Positions 20,172-30,611 of a stretch of 64,000 nt of DNA are shown piece after piece. Origin of the DNA: a virus. Lineage: Duplodnaviria > Caudoviricetes. The notes beneath the pieces are model-generated. The model was not told where the DNA came from, did not search any database, and saw only the letters and a list, made by a program, of their open reading frames with translations. The first letter of the stretch is position 1. Every line of letters starts with the position of its first letter. The DNA is taken from the IMG/VR virus record IMGVR_UViG_2531839014_000003, positions 101,424 to 165,423 of that record; one strand, written 5' to 3'. The translations under genes were made by a program, and so were the position numbers.

Positions 20172-21716
20172 TTGCCAATCAGAAAGGTGGTGATGCTAGT
20201 ATTGAATGAATATGTAAATATGGTGGGTGCCGTTATTGATGTTGCTGAACACTCAACTTACCTTGAGCTAACAAGTAGGGTTTGTTATTATGATGAACCA
20301 AACTTAAATAATGATATGTTACCCTATGATGAGTTCACTGAAGAACGAGCACGAACCTTGATTAATATGCCTGTACAGGCTAAATATCGGATTAACCCAA
20401 ACGGAGAGCCAACTTTTTCAGGCCACGAAATGGTGAAGAAGAAGGATGGTTCTGTAGAATTTAAAACTTCCAGTATCGGTACTCATACTGAAATATATAT
20501 AGAAAACGATAATGTTGACGTGAATGGTACTATAAAGAATTTACCGTGCCTATTCGCTAAATATCGCATATGGAAAAGATATAAGAATGTAGTCGCTGCT
20601 GTTCAGCGACTTTTTAATTTGGGTAAATTATACAGTTCCTGGGAACTAAACACATATCAGTATATTTTTGATCGGGGTATTCGTAAAGTTACTGATTATG
20701 AGTTTCTAGCTAACACATTACTTGGCTTTGAATATGCATATCCCAGTTATGGTACAAGTGCAAACGCCATTAGTATGGCAGAATTTAACGATAGCCAATT
20801 AATAATTGCAGAAGCTCTTTCTCAAGACTTAATTGATGAAAATAATAACAACAATAAGGAGGAAAATCTATTGAGCAATAAAACAGAATCTTCTACGGTA
20901 GAAGAAAATATTGTGACAAGTACATCTGTAGAAACTCAATCTGATACTACGGGTACTGCTACTACATCTACTGATACAGAAAAAACAAATATAGAGAATC
21001 CAACTACTGACTCTGCACAGCTTACTGATTATGATTTACGAGATAAGGTCAGAGCTGCATGTAGAACAAAATTAGGTAAATGGTGTTGGGTATCTTTCCT
21101 ATTTCCAAACGAAAAAGAGGTTTGGTGTGAGTATGACGGCAGAGAATCAGAATTAGATTATGTTAAATTTACATATGAAGTAGGCGATGATGATTCTATT
21201 ACAGTTTCAGAGCCAACATACGTGAAATTAACTGTTTCCGTTGCAGAGATTAATACAAAAATAGCAGAACTTGAAAAAGAGGTATCTACTGTAAAAGCAG
21301 AATTAGATATTAAAAATAATGCTATTTCTAAAGCAAGTGAAACAATTCAATCTCTTAATGTGACTATATCAGAACTGAAGCCTTTTAAGGAGCAAGTAGA
21401 AATTGCTGAACAGAAACGCATAGAAATTGAAATTGCTGAAGATAAAGCAAGATTAAAAGCAAAATTACTAAAGGGAAATCTCTTTACTGAAACTGAAATA
21501 GCTGAAAAGAATATTACTGATTTAATCGAAGCAAGAAATGAATCCGCAATCAATGGACTGATTGCCGATAAGTTTGTTGCTTCTTTTGATTCACAGACAA
21601 ATGAAACAATTTTAACCTCTGAAACACAGAAACCAGAAAAGGCTACTGCAAGCTTAGAAACAGATGACGATGACGATGATATCCGTAGTTTTATGCACAA
21701 ACTTTTATCCAAATAA
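20172..21716 (+). CDS. Prohead protease/scaffold (YonD-like)
   Basis: Globular N-domain with SSWE, linker, coiled-coil C-domain; position. Confidence 0.72.
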   Translation: MPIRKVVMLVLNEYVNMVGAVIDVAEHSTYLELTSRVCYYDEPNLNNDMLPYDEFTEERARTLINMPVQAKYRINPNGEPTFSGHEMVKKKDGSVEFKTSSIGTHTEIYIENDNVDVNGTIKNLPCLFAKYRIWKRYKNVVAAVQRLFNLGKLYSSWELNTYQYIFDRGIRKVTDYEFLANTLLGFEYAYPSYGTSANAISMAEFNDSQLIIAEALSQDLIDENNNNNKEENLLSNKTESSTVEENIVTSTSVETQSDTTGTATTSTDTEKTNIENPTTDSAQLTDYDLRDKVRAACRTKLGKWCWVSFLFPNEKEVWCEYDGRESELDYVKFTYEVGDDDSITVSEPTYVKLTVSVAEINTKIAELEKEVSTVKAELDIKNNAISKASETIQSLNVTISELKPFKEQVEIAEQKRIEIEIAEDKARLKAKLLKGNLFTETEIAEKNITDLIEARNESAINGLIADKFVASFDSQTNETILTSETQKPEKATASLETDDDDDDIRSFMHKLLSK

Positions 21717-21731
21717 GAGGAGGACAATTAT

Positions 21732-22208
21732 ATGATTAGAGATTTTAGAATTAACGGAGCAAAGGCTCCTGATGCTATGCACAAGGCAAAAGTTGACATG
21801 GTAACTGGTATGGGCGTTGTAAAGGAAGACTCTACAACCGATAAATTTGCTAATATCGCTTCGGCTGAAACCGTAACTGACATTTTTATTGTAGATAAAG
21901 AGCGTGTGCCTTCTGGTATTAACTGTGCAAGAGGTGATATGTCCGATTATGACAATGATTTTGTAAAAATCAAGGCCAATGAGCCTGTATCAATGGATAA
22001 GTATCACGCTGGTGAGAAATTTGGAACCGATCAGTACGATGATACTATTACCTCCGATTTAGCCCTTAATACAAGAGTGTCCTGGAAGAATGGACTTGTA
22101 ACAAAAGCTACTATAGCTTCTCCATATGTTTTTAAGGGTTTTCATAATGACAATAGACATTCATTGGCTCAGATTGAAGTGTCCGACACTGCTGTATCTA
22201 ACGCATAA
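21732..22208 (+). CDS. Capsid decoration protein (putative)
   Basis: Position between scaffold and capsid; strong SD. Confidence 0.6.
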   Translation: MIRDFRINGAKAPDAMHKAKVDMVTGMGVVKEDSTTDKFANIASAETVTDIFIVDKERVPSGINCARGDMSDYDNDFVKIKANEPVSMDKYHAGEKFGTDQYDDTITSDLALNTRVSWKNGLVTKATIASPYVFKGFHNDNRHSLAQIEVSDTAVSNA

Positions 22209-22228
22209 TTAAAGGAGGATTTGTAAAT

Positions 22229-23227
22229 ATGAGTATTTTAACTAGCGAAGTAAAAGATTTAATGTCTCAGGAGCATGCACTTTATGATGTAGCTGAGAGT
22301 ATTGAATATAAAAGAGACTTAAATGCAGAACAGAAAGACGCTGCACAGGTTATGGATGCGTGGGCAAAAAATATCGGAGAAACAGGAAAAGACCCTGAGT
22401 GTGATATCGCTGCCTACATCAAGAGAATTGTACAGCCTGAAGTATATAATGCACCCGACGAACTTTTAGATCGTATTTGGGAACGCGGAGGTATTGGGGA
22501 GTTTGATGATGCTGAATACAATGTAGAGCCAAAAAATACGCTGATTGCTCATGAGGCAGCAAAGGGTGGCGTTGTTGACAGAAGTTGGATTGACCTCTCT
22601 GCACTTACTCCTGTATGGAGAAACAGACAGGTTGAAACAGACCTTTCTTATGTCGATTTAAGAAAGAACGGTTTTAAGTCTATTGCCAATCTCACTGTGT
22701 TCATGAAGGAAGCGTGTCAGAATGCACTATTCTACGATATGTTATCCCAGATGGACGAAGCTATTGTCGGTGGTGAAGCAAAAATCGATGTTACAGGTAA
22801 GGTGCCTACACTGGCTGATATGGATGCAATCTCTTTGTACCTAAATGATAGAAGCGATGATTCTGTTATTGTGTGTCTTACGAAATATGCTCAGGCCATT
22901 AGACGTATGGAAGGCTTTGCTCAGTATATGAGTAATGATATGAAGAACGACTTCAATAGATATGGACTTGTAAAGACCTATGATACTATTGGGGTAGCTG
23001 CTATCTCTGGTGCAAAGCGTCAGGGAAATGGTAATCTTCTTATCCCAGATAAGAGAATTTTCGGAATCGCTGGGAAAATTGGGAACCTGGATATGAAGGG
23101 TGATATCCATGTATTCCAGGAGATGAATCCAAGAAGTGAACAGATTCATATTATGTTAAAAGATTTTACATATGGATTTGTGATTACCAAGATTGAGAAT
23201 GTATGTAAAATGGTAATGTCACAGTAA
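22229..23227 (+). CDS. Major capsid protein
   Basis: 332 aa, strong SD, followed by terminator; position. Confidence 0.78.
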   Translation: MSILTSEVKDLMSQEHALYDVAESIEYKRDLNAEQKDAAQVMDAWAKNIGETGKDPECDIAAYIKRIVQPEVYNAPDELLDRIWERGGIGEFDDAEYNVEPKNTLIAHEAAKGGVVDRSWIDLSALTPVWRNRQVETDLSYVDLRKNGFKSIANLTVFMKEACQNALFYDMLSQMDEAIVGGEAKIDVTGKVPTLADMDAISLYLNDRSDDSVIVCLTKYAQAIRRMEGFAQYMSNDMKNDFNRYGLVKTYDTIGVAAISGAKRQGNGNLLIPDKRIFGIAGKIGNLDMKGDIHVFQEMNPRSEQIHIMLKDFTYGFVITKIENVCKMVMSQ

Positions 23228-23239
23228 TTATAGTATTCT

Positions 23240-23281
23240 AAGACGAGATGGATTTAATAACTACCCTATCTCGTCTTTTTT
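23240..23281 (+). terminator. Intrinsic terminator after capsid gene
   Basis: AAGACGAGAT...ATCTCGTCTT + T-run. Confidence 0.8.
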
Positions 23282-23297
23282 GATTGGAGGAATTTAC

Positions 23298-23966
23298 TTG
23301 ATTAAAGAAACTGAGAAAATCAGCGTTCTTAATTATAATGAAAATAGAGTGTCAGTTATTGTTGCTCCTGATAAGAGTTATAGTTTTGACCCATCGGTTG
23401 ATGGTGTTATTCCTTGTGTTATACCAATGACATTAGATGAAATTAGGTACGCAAATAATACAGGTGCTTTCAAAAACGGAATGTTGTTCTTTGATCCAAA
23501 CCGTGAGGAAGATGTTTATGAAAGTCTAAACATCGTTAATTGGAAAGACATACTCAAAAATAAAGACATTGAAAATATAATTATTAATCCCACTTATGAC
23601 GGACTTACAAAACTTATATCAATTAAAGATAGTGCTATGTTTGAGCGAATAAGAACAGTTTATCAGAAAATCAAGAATGAAGGTACTAATGACATATCTG
23701 TGCGTGTTGAGCAGATTATTAAGACACGGTATAAGGAGCTTCTGAATCGGCAGGTTAATACCTCAATCGTTCTTACTAAAAAGGATGTCCCAGAAAAAGT
23801 ATCTTCTGATGAGGTTGATATGCTAAAGGAGCAGAATCGCAGTATGCATGAGCAACTTGAAAAAATGCAAAAAATGATGGAGCAGATGATGACTAATCAG
23901 AAAACAGAGCTTCCCATCACAGAAGAAGCCAAAAAGATGCCAGGACGCCCAAAAAAGACTCAGTAG
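23298..23966 (+). CDS. Head-associated protein (YonA-like)
   Basis: GGAGG then TTG; C-terminal PGRPKK. Confidence 0.6.
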   Translation: MIKETEKISVLNYNENRVSVIVAPDKSYSFDPSVDGVIPCVIPMTLDEIRYANNTGAFKNGMLFFDPNREEDVYESLNIVNWKDILKNKDIENIIINPTYDGLTKLISIKDSAMFERIRTVYQKIKNEGTNDISVRVEQIIKTRYKELLNRQVNTSIVLTKKDVPEKVSSDEVDMLKEQNRSMHEQLEKMQKMMEQMMTNQKTELPITEEAKKMPGRPKKTQ

Positions 23967-23981
23967 AAAGCTGGTAATTAG

Positions 23982-24482
23982 ATGACAGAGATAACACTAT
24001 TTGAGTACCTATTTGAACGATTTTATAGACGTATTGAAAAGGATGAGGAGTTCTTTAATTACTATAATGTAGATATATCGGAAGCTATTCAATTGGCACA
24101 CGATAGGGCGAAGGGGTGTTTAATTGATGCATTAGATATACTGTCATCTATCAGTAATCTACAGGTCGATTTTTCTGATTATGATGCAGGTTCTGAGGAA
24201 TTGAATTTTAAAACAACTCCGGCAGAAATTAAGTTGATTGTAGATTTGATGTTTCAGGTGTATATGGAACGCGATTTACCACTACTTCATGCATTTAAAA
24301 TAAATTTTACACCAAGCGACTTATCTGTATTTTCTCCTGCCAATGAACGAAATTCGTATGAGGCATTTATCTCCAGGTTAGATAATAACAATAAAATCGC
24401 TCTCGATGATTATAAAAGCAGAGATAGATATACCGGCAAGCTCAAGAAAACTATCAATTATTCTGCTTTTTCGGATATTTAA
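23982..24482 (+). CDS. Head-tail adaptor (putative)
   Basis: Position and size. Confidence 0.55.
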   Translation: MTEITLFEYLFERFYRRIEKDEEFFNYYNVDISEAIQLAHDRAKGCLIDALDILSSISNLQVDFSDYDAGSEELNFKTTPAEIKLIVDLMFQVYMERDLPLLHAFKINFTPSDLSVFSPANERNSYEAFISRLDNNNKIALDDYKSRDRYTGKLKKTINYSAFSDI

Positions 24483-24483
24483 T

Positions 24484-25512
24484 ATGGATATAAACTATTT
24501 TATGAAAATCCAAAATGCTTATGGCACAAAAAGCAAACGCGAAATGGAGCTTGCCAAAGTGAATCGTGAAATGTCAAAGCATTTTAAGGATACATACGAT
24601 ACTGAGACTGTATTGATAAATGGTGTCTCCAGAGATTTGATGATAATCAAGGATACTGATGGGAATACGTTCAAAAAGAAAATCAAATCTCGGCATGGTG
24701 AAAAATTCAATCTTGGAGACTATGTTATTTGGAATAATCAATACTGGCTTATTACCCTATTGGATCCTGATGAAAAAACCTGGAACAGAGGATATATGTA
24801 TCTTTGTACAGTGCCATTAAGATGGCAAAACACCGATGGTCAAATAATTGAACGCTGGGGATATTCAGAAGATTTTACAAAATACTCAAGTGGTGTTATT
24901 GGAAACAGTACATTACAGGTGGGGGACAATCAGTATGGTCTTACTCTTCCAATTGATTCAGAAACGAAAAAGCTAAAACGAGATTTGCGTTTTGCTATAG
25001 ATTTAGACGATGCGGAAGAACCCGACATCTATAAGCTTTCAAATCGCAAGGCCAATTTAAATAATAACATGTATTTTAACCGCGGTAGCACTATGGTACT
25101 TACATTATCATATGATGCGTTTAATAAAACAAAAGACAAACATGTATTACGAGAAGATGGCTCACAGATATGGATTTGTGACTACCACTCTCCTTCCCCA
25201 TCGCCAGAACCATCAGTTCCGGATGAAACGACAGATTTATCGGCTGTGATTACAGGAGGTAATACGCTGCGGTGTGGCAGAGCTAAGACATGGATTGTGG
25301 CATTTCTGGACCAGAATGGTAATGAGATTATGGATCAGAACTTTCAGTGGAAAGTTGATAGTGAATACGCTATAAAACAAGTGATAGATGGTCAAAAAAT
25401 ACAGTTAAAGGTGGATGATGAACAGTTAATTGACTGTTCTTTTTTATTGTCTGTTATTACTGATAAAAATGTTGTTGCAAAAGTTGAAATTACAATTATT
25501 GACGGACTATAA
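24484..25512 (+). CDS. Head closure protein with C-terminal Ig-like domain (putative)
   Basis: Position; Pro-rich linker then beta-rich domain. Confidence 0.55.
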   Translation: MDINYFMKIQNAYGTKSKREMELAKVNREMSKHFKDTYDTETVLINGVSRDLMIIKDTDGNTFKKKIKSRHGEKFNLGDYVIWNNQYWLITLLDPDEKTWNRGYMYLCTVPLRWQNTDGQIIERWGYSEDFTKYSSGVIGNSTLQVGDNQYGLTLPIDSETKKLKRDLRFAIDLDDAEEPDIYKLSNRKANLNNNMYFNRGSTMVLTLSYDAFNKTKDKHVLREDGSQIWICDYHSPSPSPEPSVPDETTDLSAVITGGNTLRCGRAKTWIVAFLDQNGNEIMDQNFQWKVDSEYAIKQVIDGQKIQLKVDDEQLIDCSFLLSVITDKNVVAKVEITIIDGL

Positions 25513-25522
25513 GGAGGTACAA

Positions 25523-26029
25523 ATGCCAGGAACAGTATTAAAAGATATTGGATTAGTAAAAAATCGTATTTTACCTCTTTTATTGAATTCAGATGATATT
25601 ATGGAGATTTTACTTGGTAAAGGATATACGCAGGAACAAGTTTGGGGTGCTGATGACAACGATGATGATTATGGGATAGTCTATAAACAAGTTTTTCCAC
25701 ATCTCTATATCGATGATACTCAAACAGAGGTACTTTCATATTTATGTTTCGAGGTAGACGTACCCAGGATACCGACTGGAACAATAAAAGATATGAAGAT
25801 AATTATATGGGCTTATTGTAATAAAAGTAATATGCGATATTCTAAGAAAGGTTATCTCGGCACTAAAGCCGATATCTTAGCTGATGCAGTTGAAAGAGCA
25901 CTATCTGATTCACAAAAATTTGGAATAGGAAAACTTCATTTGGACTCTGCTACATATTTAAGTTCATCTAATAAGCAGTTTTATGGCAGACAGTTAATTT
26001 TTACTGTTTCTGATTTCAAATTAAAGTAG
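25523..26029 (+). CDS. Tail completion protein (putative)
   Basis: AAGGAGG SD; position. Confidence 0.55.
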   Translation: MPGTVLKDIGLVKNRILPLLLNSDDIMEILLGKGYTQEQVWGADDNDDDYGIVYKQVFPHLYIDDTQTEVLSYLCFEVDVPRIPTGTIKDMKIIIWAYCNKSNMRYSKKGYLGTKADILADAVERALSDSQKFGIGKLHLDSATYLSSSNKQFYGRQLIFTVSDFKLK

Positions 26030-26836
26030 GTGATATTAATAAGTTTATATACAAATTTTGATTATTTGTGTAATGAGCCTTTTTTCATTGACGGAGTAGG
26101 TACTGTCAAGTGTCCTACTTTAAGAGACATACGTACCATTACATTTAAAGTATTCGCTTTATTTCAAAATATGATAGACATGACACTCGAATCATATTTA
26201 GAATCCTTTAAATCCGTTGAGACGTTTGATAGGTTATGCGAGAAATCAAAAGAGAATATTTCCTTATTCAGAATACTTCTTTATGATAACACTAGTATTC
26301 TTTTCTCAATGATAAAGTTTTTTATACTGGATGAAATTGAATTCAATCAGGACACAAACTGTATAGATGTCTTCAACTATTATCAAGTAAAAAATGAATC
26401 TGGTGTGTCTAATCAAAAACGAATCATTGGACATATTGGAGAGGATAATTTCGATATATTCCGTGGCGAATTGAGATGTCTATTGGGTATGAATTCCTCT
26501 GAGGAAGAAATACCCAAATTTGCAAAAGGGGCAGAAAAACTTGCACAAACAATGTATAATCGTTTTCGAGAAAATGCTTTAACAAGTAAAAAAAAGAATA
26601 TGGATAGGAATTATACTCTCGATAATATGATACGTAAATACTGCACTCATAATAAAGTCGGAATCAATATTCTCAATGTTTGGGATATGACATACTACCA
26701 GTTTATGTCCATGTTCAATGAATATATAAACGGGCGTCAATACGATTTTAACGATATGATGGCTGCTAATACCTTTTCGTACAAAAAGTCTTCAGATTAT
26801 AACCCTATGGAATATATAAAAAAAATTAATATGTAA
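26030..26836 (+). CDS. Conserved morphogenesis protein (possible tail chaperone)
   Basis: C-terminal NILNVWDMTYYQF. Confidence 0.5.
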   Translation: MILISLYTNFDYLCNEPFFIDGVGTVKCPTLRDIRTITFKVFALFQNMIDMTLESYLESFKSVETFDRLCEKSKENISLFRILLYDNTSILFSMIKFFILDEIEFNQDTNCIDVFNYYQVKNESGVSNQKRIIGHIGEDNFDIFRGELRCLLGMNSSEEEIPKFAKGAEKLAQTMYNRFRENALTSKKKNMDRNYTLDNMIRKYCTHNKVGINILNVWDMTYYQFMSMFNEYINGRQYDFNDMMAANTFSYKKSSDYNPMEYIKKINM

Positions 26837-26891
26837 CTATAGACCAACCACTGTATAAACAGTGGATTTTTTATTATATGGAGGAATTTTA

Positions 26892-27629
26892 ATGACAGAT
26901 ATTAATATGGCGAATAGACAATGCTGCGACCTGGATATTAGAGATTATAAGACCAAGCAGCCTTGGATGTATGCCGATTTCTGTAACACTACTACTATGG
27001 GATTTTCAAGTGATGCGGTATACGCAAATAAAAAGGGTGGAAAATGTATTAAATTTGATAATCCACTTGATGGCACTATTTCTATGACATTTCAAGTCCA
27101 TCCGTTTAGGGTATATGCGATGCTAAGTGATGGAGAAATCGAAACCAAAGCAATTCTGACACGAAAGGAATCAATTAAAGCTACTGAGGCAGGGAAAATA
27201 ACACTTCCTAACGCTCCGATTGTTGGCACTGTATTTGTTTACGCTGAAGGTGATTTTGGTGGTAAATCTATTGAAGGTACATTAGCCGATAAAGTATTTA
27301 CTGCTAAAACCAGTTCCGAGATTGCTCAAAATAAATTGTATATTGTCGGATATTTAGAGGAAAAGACTTCTGGTGTTCAGAAGGTATCCTTCAATAATAA
27401 GAAGATTCCAAAGGACTTCTTTATTCAGATGTCCACCTTAGATAAGAATGAAAACGGAGAACTGGTTCCAATGAGAATTACTGCTTATAAAGCAAGTCCT
27501 CAGAAAAAGCTTGACTTATCCATGTCATCCAGTGGCGATCCCGCAGAAATTACGATTACTTGTGATGCCTTGGTGGATGAGAACGGTAATGTTCTTGATA
27601 TGATTGAACTTACTGACGAAACTGAATAA
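26892..27629 (+). CDS. Major tail tube protein
   Basis: GGAGG SD; beta-rich; C-terminal SSSGDPAEITITCD; terminator follows. Confidence 0.7.
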   Translation: MTDINMANRQCCDLDIRDYKTKQPWMYADFCNTTTMGFSSDAVYANKKGGKCIKFDNPLDGTISMTFQVHPFRVYAMLSDGEIETKAILTRKESIKATEAGKITLPNAPIVGTVFVYAEGDFGGKSIEGTLADKVFTAKTSSEIAQNKLYIVGYLEEKTSGVQKVSFNNKKIPKDFFIQMSTLDKNENGELVPMRITAYKASPQKKLDLSMSSSGDPAEITITCDALVDENGNVLDMIELTDETE

Positions 27630-27675
27630 ATTTATACAAGAGGGCTGCGATATGCCCTCTTTTTACGAGGTATAT

Positions 27676-27918
27676 ATGATAAAAGAATGTAACGTAATCT
27701 CTCGAAATGATATAGTTTCTGTCGTGTTATTTGATGATAAAGAAATTCAGGTTCCAACCAATAAATTGATAAATCATCATGCATATATCCAGTCTTATAA
27801 AGGAAACTATACAGTCGTTTCAAAAGAAGAATTTGACAAAGAAAAAGTAAAAGAGTCTATTAAGAATCACATACCAAAGAAAAATAATGAAAATTTAGTG
27901 ATGGATAATGAGGAATAG
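27676..27918 (+). CDS. Hypothetical protein
   Basis: GAGGT SD. Confidence 0.55.
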   Translation: MIKECNVISRNDIVSVVLFDDKEIQVPTNKLINHHAYIQSYKGNYTVVSKEEFDKEKVKESIKNHIPKKNNENLVMDNEE

Positions 27919-28202
27919 GGATATAACCACTTGTAATCCATCACAAGTACGTTATGTCCCTATTTTTTACTATATAGAAATAACATATACTTTTGTAAAG
28001 ACTGAAGCTGGAATCACAACATGGAAGTATCACAAAAATTATAGACTATGTGATACTTTGAAAAATTCAATGAGATTGTTTATGGTTGCCCAAGATGATG
28101 GACGTAAAAGTAGATGACGTAACTGTGAGTACATGACACTCAGCATATGTACAATAGACAGTCAAGTCTCATGCTTGCCATAATTAAAGAAAGGAAATAT
28201 AA

Positions 28203-28517
28203 ATGGACGAAATCATTAGAACACTGCCAATATTGGTAGTTGCAATCCTCATGAATATTGGGGCCGGATTGTATTACAATATTGGAACCAAAAGTTTATC
28301 ATTTGACACAAAAAAACTGATAAACGGAATTGCAAAAGCACTTATTATTTGTGGTATGTTTGTTGGAACTGCTTATTGCTTCGATTCAACTGACTTATCT
28401 TCTATCGGAGTAACACCACAGTTTATTATGAACTCAGCAATTGTAATTTACGTAAGTAAATCAGTTATCTCATTGGGTAAAATTCTTGGTGTAGATATAG
28501 AACACAAAAAGGAGTAA
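28203..28517 (+). CDS. Holin (putative)
   Basis: Three hydrophobic segments, charged C-terminus, precedes endolysin. Confidence 0.7.
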   Translation: MDEIIRTLPILVVAILMNIGAGLYYNIGTKSLSFDTKKLINGIAKALIICGMFVGTAYCFDSTDLSSIGVTPQFIMNSAIVIYVSKSVISLGKILGVDIEHKKE

Positions 28518-28520
28518 TTT

Positions 28521-29432
28521 ATGACAACATCAAAACAACGGAGGCAGAAAGTGGTTGACAATTATGCTTCTATAATTGGACGCAATATTTATAATCAAAA
28601 TCTACGTGATTACTGTTTCAAAAAGTATAAAGACGGAAAATATTATTCTGATTGCAGTTCCTCTATTTCATATTCATACAAAGAAGCTGGTGACAATTTT
28701 GGTATTCTGAATACTGCCGGCATGTATGATTCTAACAAGCTTACGTTCGTAGATGCAATTATAAGAAATGGTATTATACAGAATCCAGAAATTCTGCGAC
28801 CTGGTGATATGCTGCTATTTGCAGGTTCCGACTCATCCAGACCAAAGAAAATCGGACATGTAGAGATGGTCCATCATAAAGATTCTAATGGAAACTGGAT
28901 TATTAGTGGTCATGGCAGCGGTGTACCATCCTATAAGAATATGGATGCTTATTGTAAAACTAGATATAGTTCCTGGGCTTCTGGCGGTTGGCGTAAGGGC
29001 CTCGTATGTGTAAAAAGATTTATACAGGATGACGATAGTGAGAATAAATCCGGTTGGTATAAAGAAGATGGTGGTTGGAGATTTTATCTTGGAGACACTG
29101 GGAACTATGTAAAAGATGACTGGTATAAGGACTCTACAGGCCGTTGGAGTTGGTTTAACGCAGCTGGTCATGCCATTTCAAATACATGGTATGAATACGA
29201 AGGAAATTGGTTCTGGTTTGGACCAGACTGCTATATGTACTCCAGTCAATGGATTGCGTATAAAGGCAATCAGTACTATCTTTCTTCTGACGGTTCAATG
29301 GCAAAATCTGCTTACATAAAATCCAAAGATATTAATTCCAATAAATACTATTTTGTCAATAAAGATGGAATTTATGAACCGCAGTGGGATACCTCTACTC
29401 CAGATCTGTTGAAATATGATTTGGCTGAGTAA
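28521..29432 (+). CDS. Endolysin: NlpC/P60-type peptidase plus cell-wall-binding repeats
   Basis: SDCSS, PGD, GHVE; repeated W..Y/WFWF modules. Confidence 0.85.
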   Translation: MTTSKQRRQKVVDNYASIIGRNIYNQNLRDYCFKKYKDGKYYSDCSSSISYSYKEAGDNFGILNTAGMYDSNKLTFVDAIIRNGIIQNPEILRPGDMLLFAGSDSSRPKKIGHVEMVHHKDSNGNWIISGHGSGVPSYKNMDAYCKTRYSSWASGGWRKGLVCVKRFIQDDDSENKSGWYKEDGGWRFYLGDTGNYVKDDWYKDSTGRWSWFNAAGHAISNTWYEYEGNWFWFGPDCYMYSSQWIAYKGNQYYLSSDGSMAKSAYIKSKDINSNKYYFVNKDGIYEPQWDTSTPDLLKYDLAE

Positions 29433-29460
29433 TACAATGAGAGGAGGTTAAACTTGAATA

Positions 29461-29946
29461 ATGTCAGAATTAAAAGAATTACTATCGTATGATTGGACTA
29501 GTATTGTCATTTTCCTTGGGTTGATAATCATTAGTTTTGATAAATTTGCCGGAATCTTTTGTAAATGGTTCCCGAATACAAAACTTGAAACAAGGTCAAT
29601 GAAAGAAAAACGAGAAATGGCAGCGAGTATAGAGCGTCAACAACAGCAAATTGACTTATTATCTTCTTATGAATCAGATACACATAACGATGTTAAAGAG
29701 ATAAAGCTTATGCTCAAAGATCATATCGTTATGGATAATGATCGTACTATTTCTTCATTTAGATCTACTTTGTATCGGTTACATATGGAATTTACAAAAC
29801 AAGGCTATGTCACAAGGGAAGGTTTAAAGACCTTTAAAGAACTTGGAAAATGTTATGTTGCCGCTGGTGGCGATGATATATACCATGACAAGTTAGAACC
29901 TGAAGTTCTAGCATTACCTATAAAATATGATGATTTAGTTTCTTAG
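29461..29946 (+). CDS. Membrane-anchored lysis-module protein
   Basis: N-terminal TM, coiled coil, YVAAGGD. Confidence 0.55.
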   Translation: MSELKELLSYDWTSIVIFLGLIIISFDKFAGIFCKWFPNTKLETRSMKEKREMAASIERQQQQIDLLSSYESDTHNDVKEIKLMLKDHIVMDNDRTISSFRSTLYRLHMEFTKQGYVTREGLKTFKELGKCYVAAGGDDIYHDKLEPEVLALPIKYDDLVS

Positions 29947-29993
29947 TTTTAATAATGAAAGAGCGGTTTCTTGCGTAGCCGCCCTTAAATATA

Positions 29994-30281
29994 TTAACAC
30001 GTTCTGATAGTATAATCACTACTACCAAGATGATAATAGTCCCACCAACTTTCATCAGATATTAGGCGTACTTGATGATTGCTACTAAAACAATTAGTAG
30101 AACCATAAATACAGAATTTATTCTGAACTCCATTTAACCTCACCCCAATACTTTTTTGATATCTATATAAAAGGTATACCAAAACCGCATTCTAGTGAGG
30201 ACTATGGGCTGACGCCTGCCATTTCTGGCGACCGTACTGACTACTCGTTGGCCCTCCTACAACTATCTTTTGGATAGTCAT
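29994..30281 (-). pseudogene. Small antisense gene with internal TAG, LexA-like box upstream
   Basis: GGTGGA then ATG at 30281, in frame with 30182; TAG at 30192-30194; GAACATTTGTTT at 30328-30339. Confidence 0.4.
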
Positions 30282-30611
30282 TCCACCACAGGATTATTAT
30301 AACATACTTGGGAGATTATACAATTCAGAACATTTGTTTAAAAGATTTACTGGAGAAGCACATTTTTTAGAACCTTGATTATGGTTGAGGTTTTTTTGTG
30401 TTTCTCAGAAATCAAAAAGAGAATATCTGTATGAGAGACAATGGTTTGATACAGGTATTTTTAAATATCTGTGAGACAGGAAGTCATTGAGCCTGTTTCT
30501 TGAGTGGTGAATAGACGGAGTAATTACCCGTCGAAGTGGGATACCTCTGACCACGTTTACCACTCTTTTATTAACTGATTCAGGGGATTATAGAAAGTTG
30601 AGGTACAAAGT

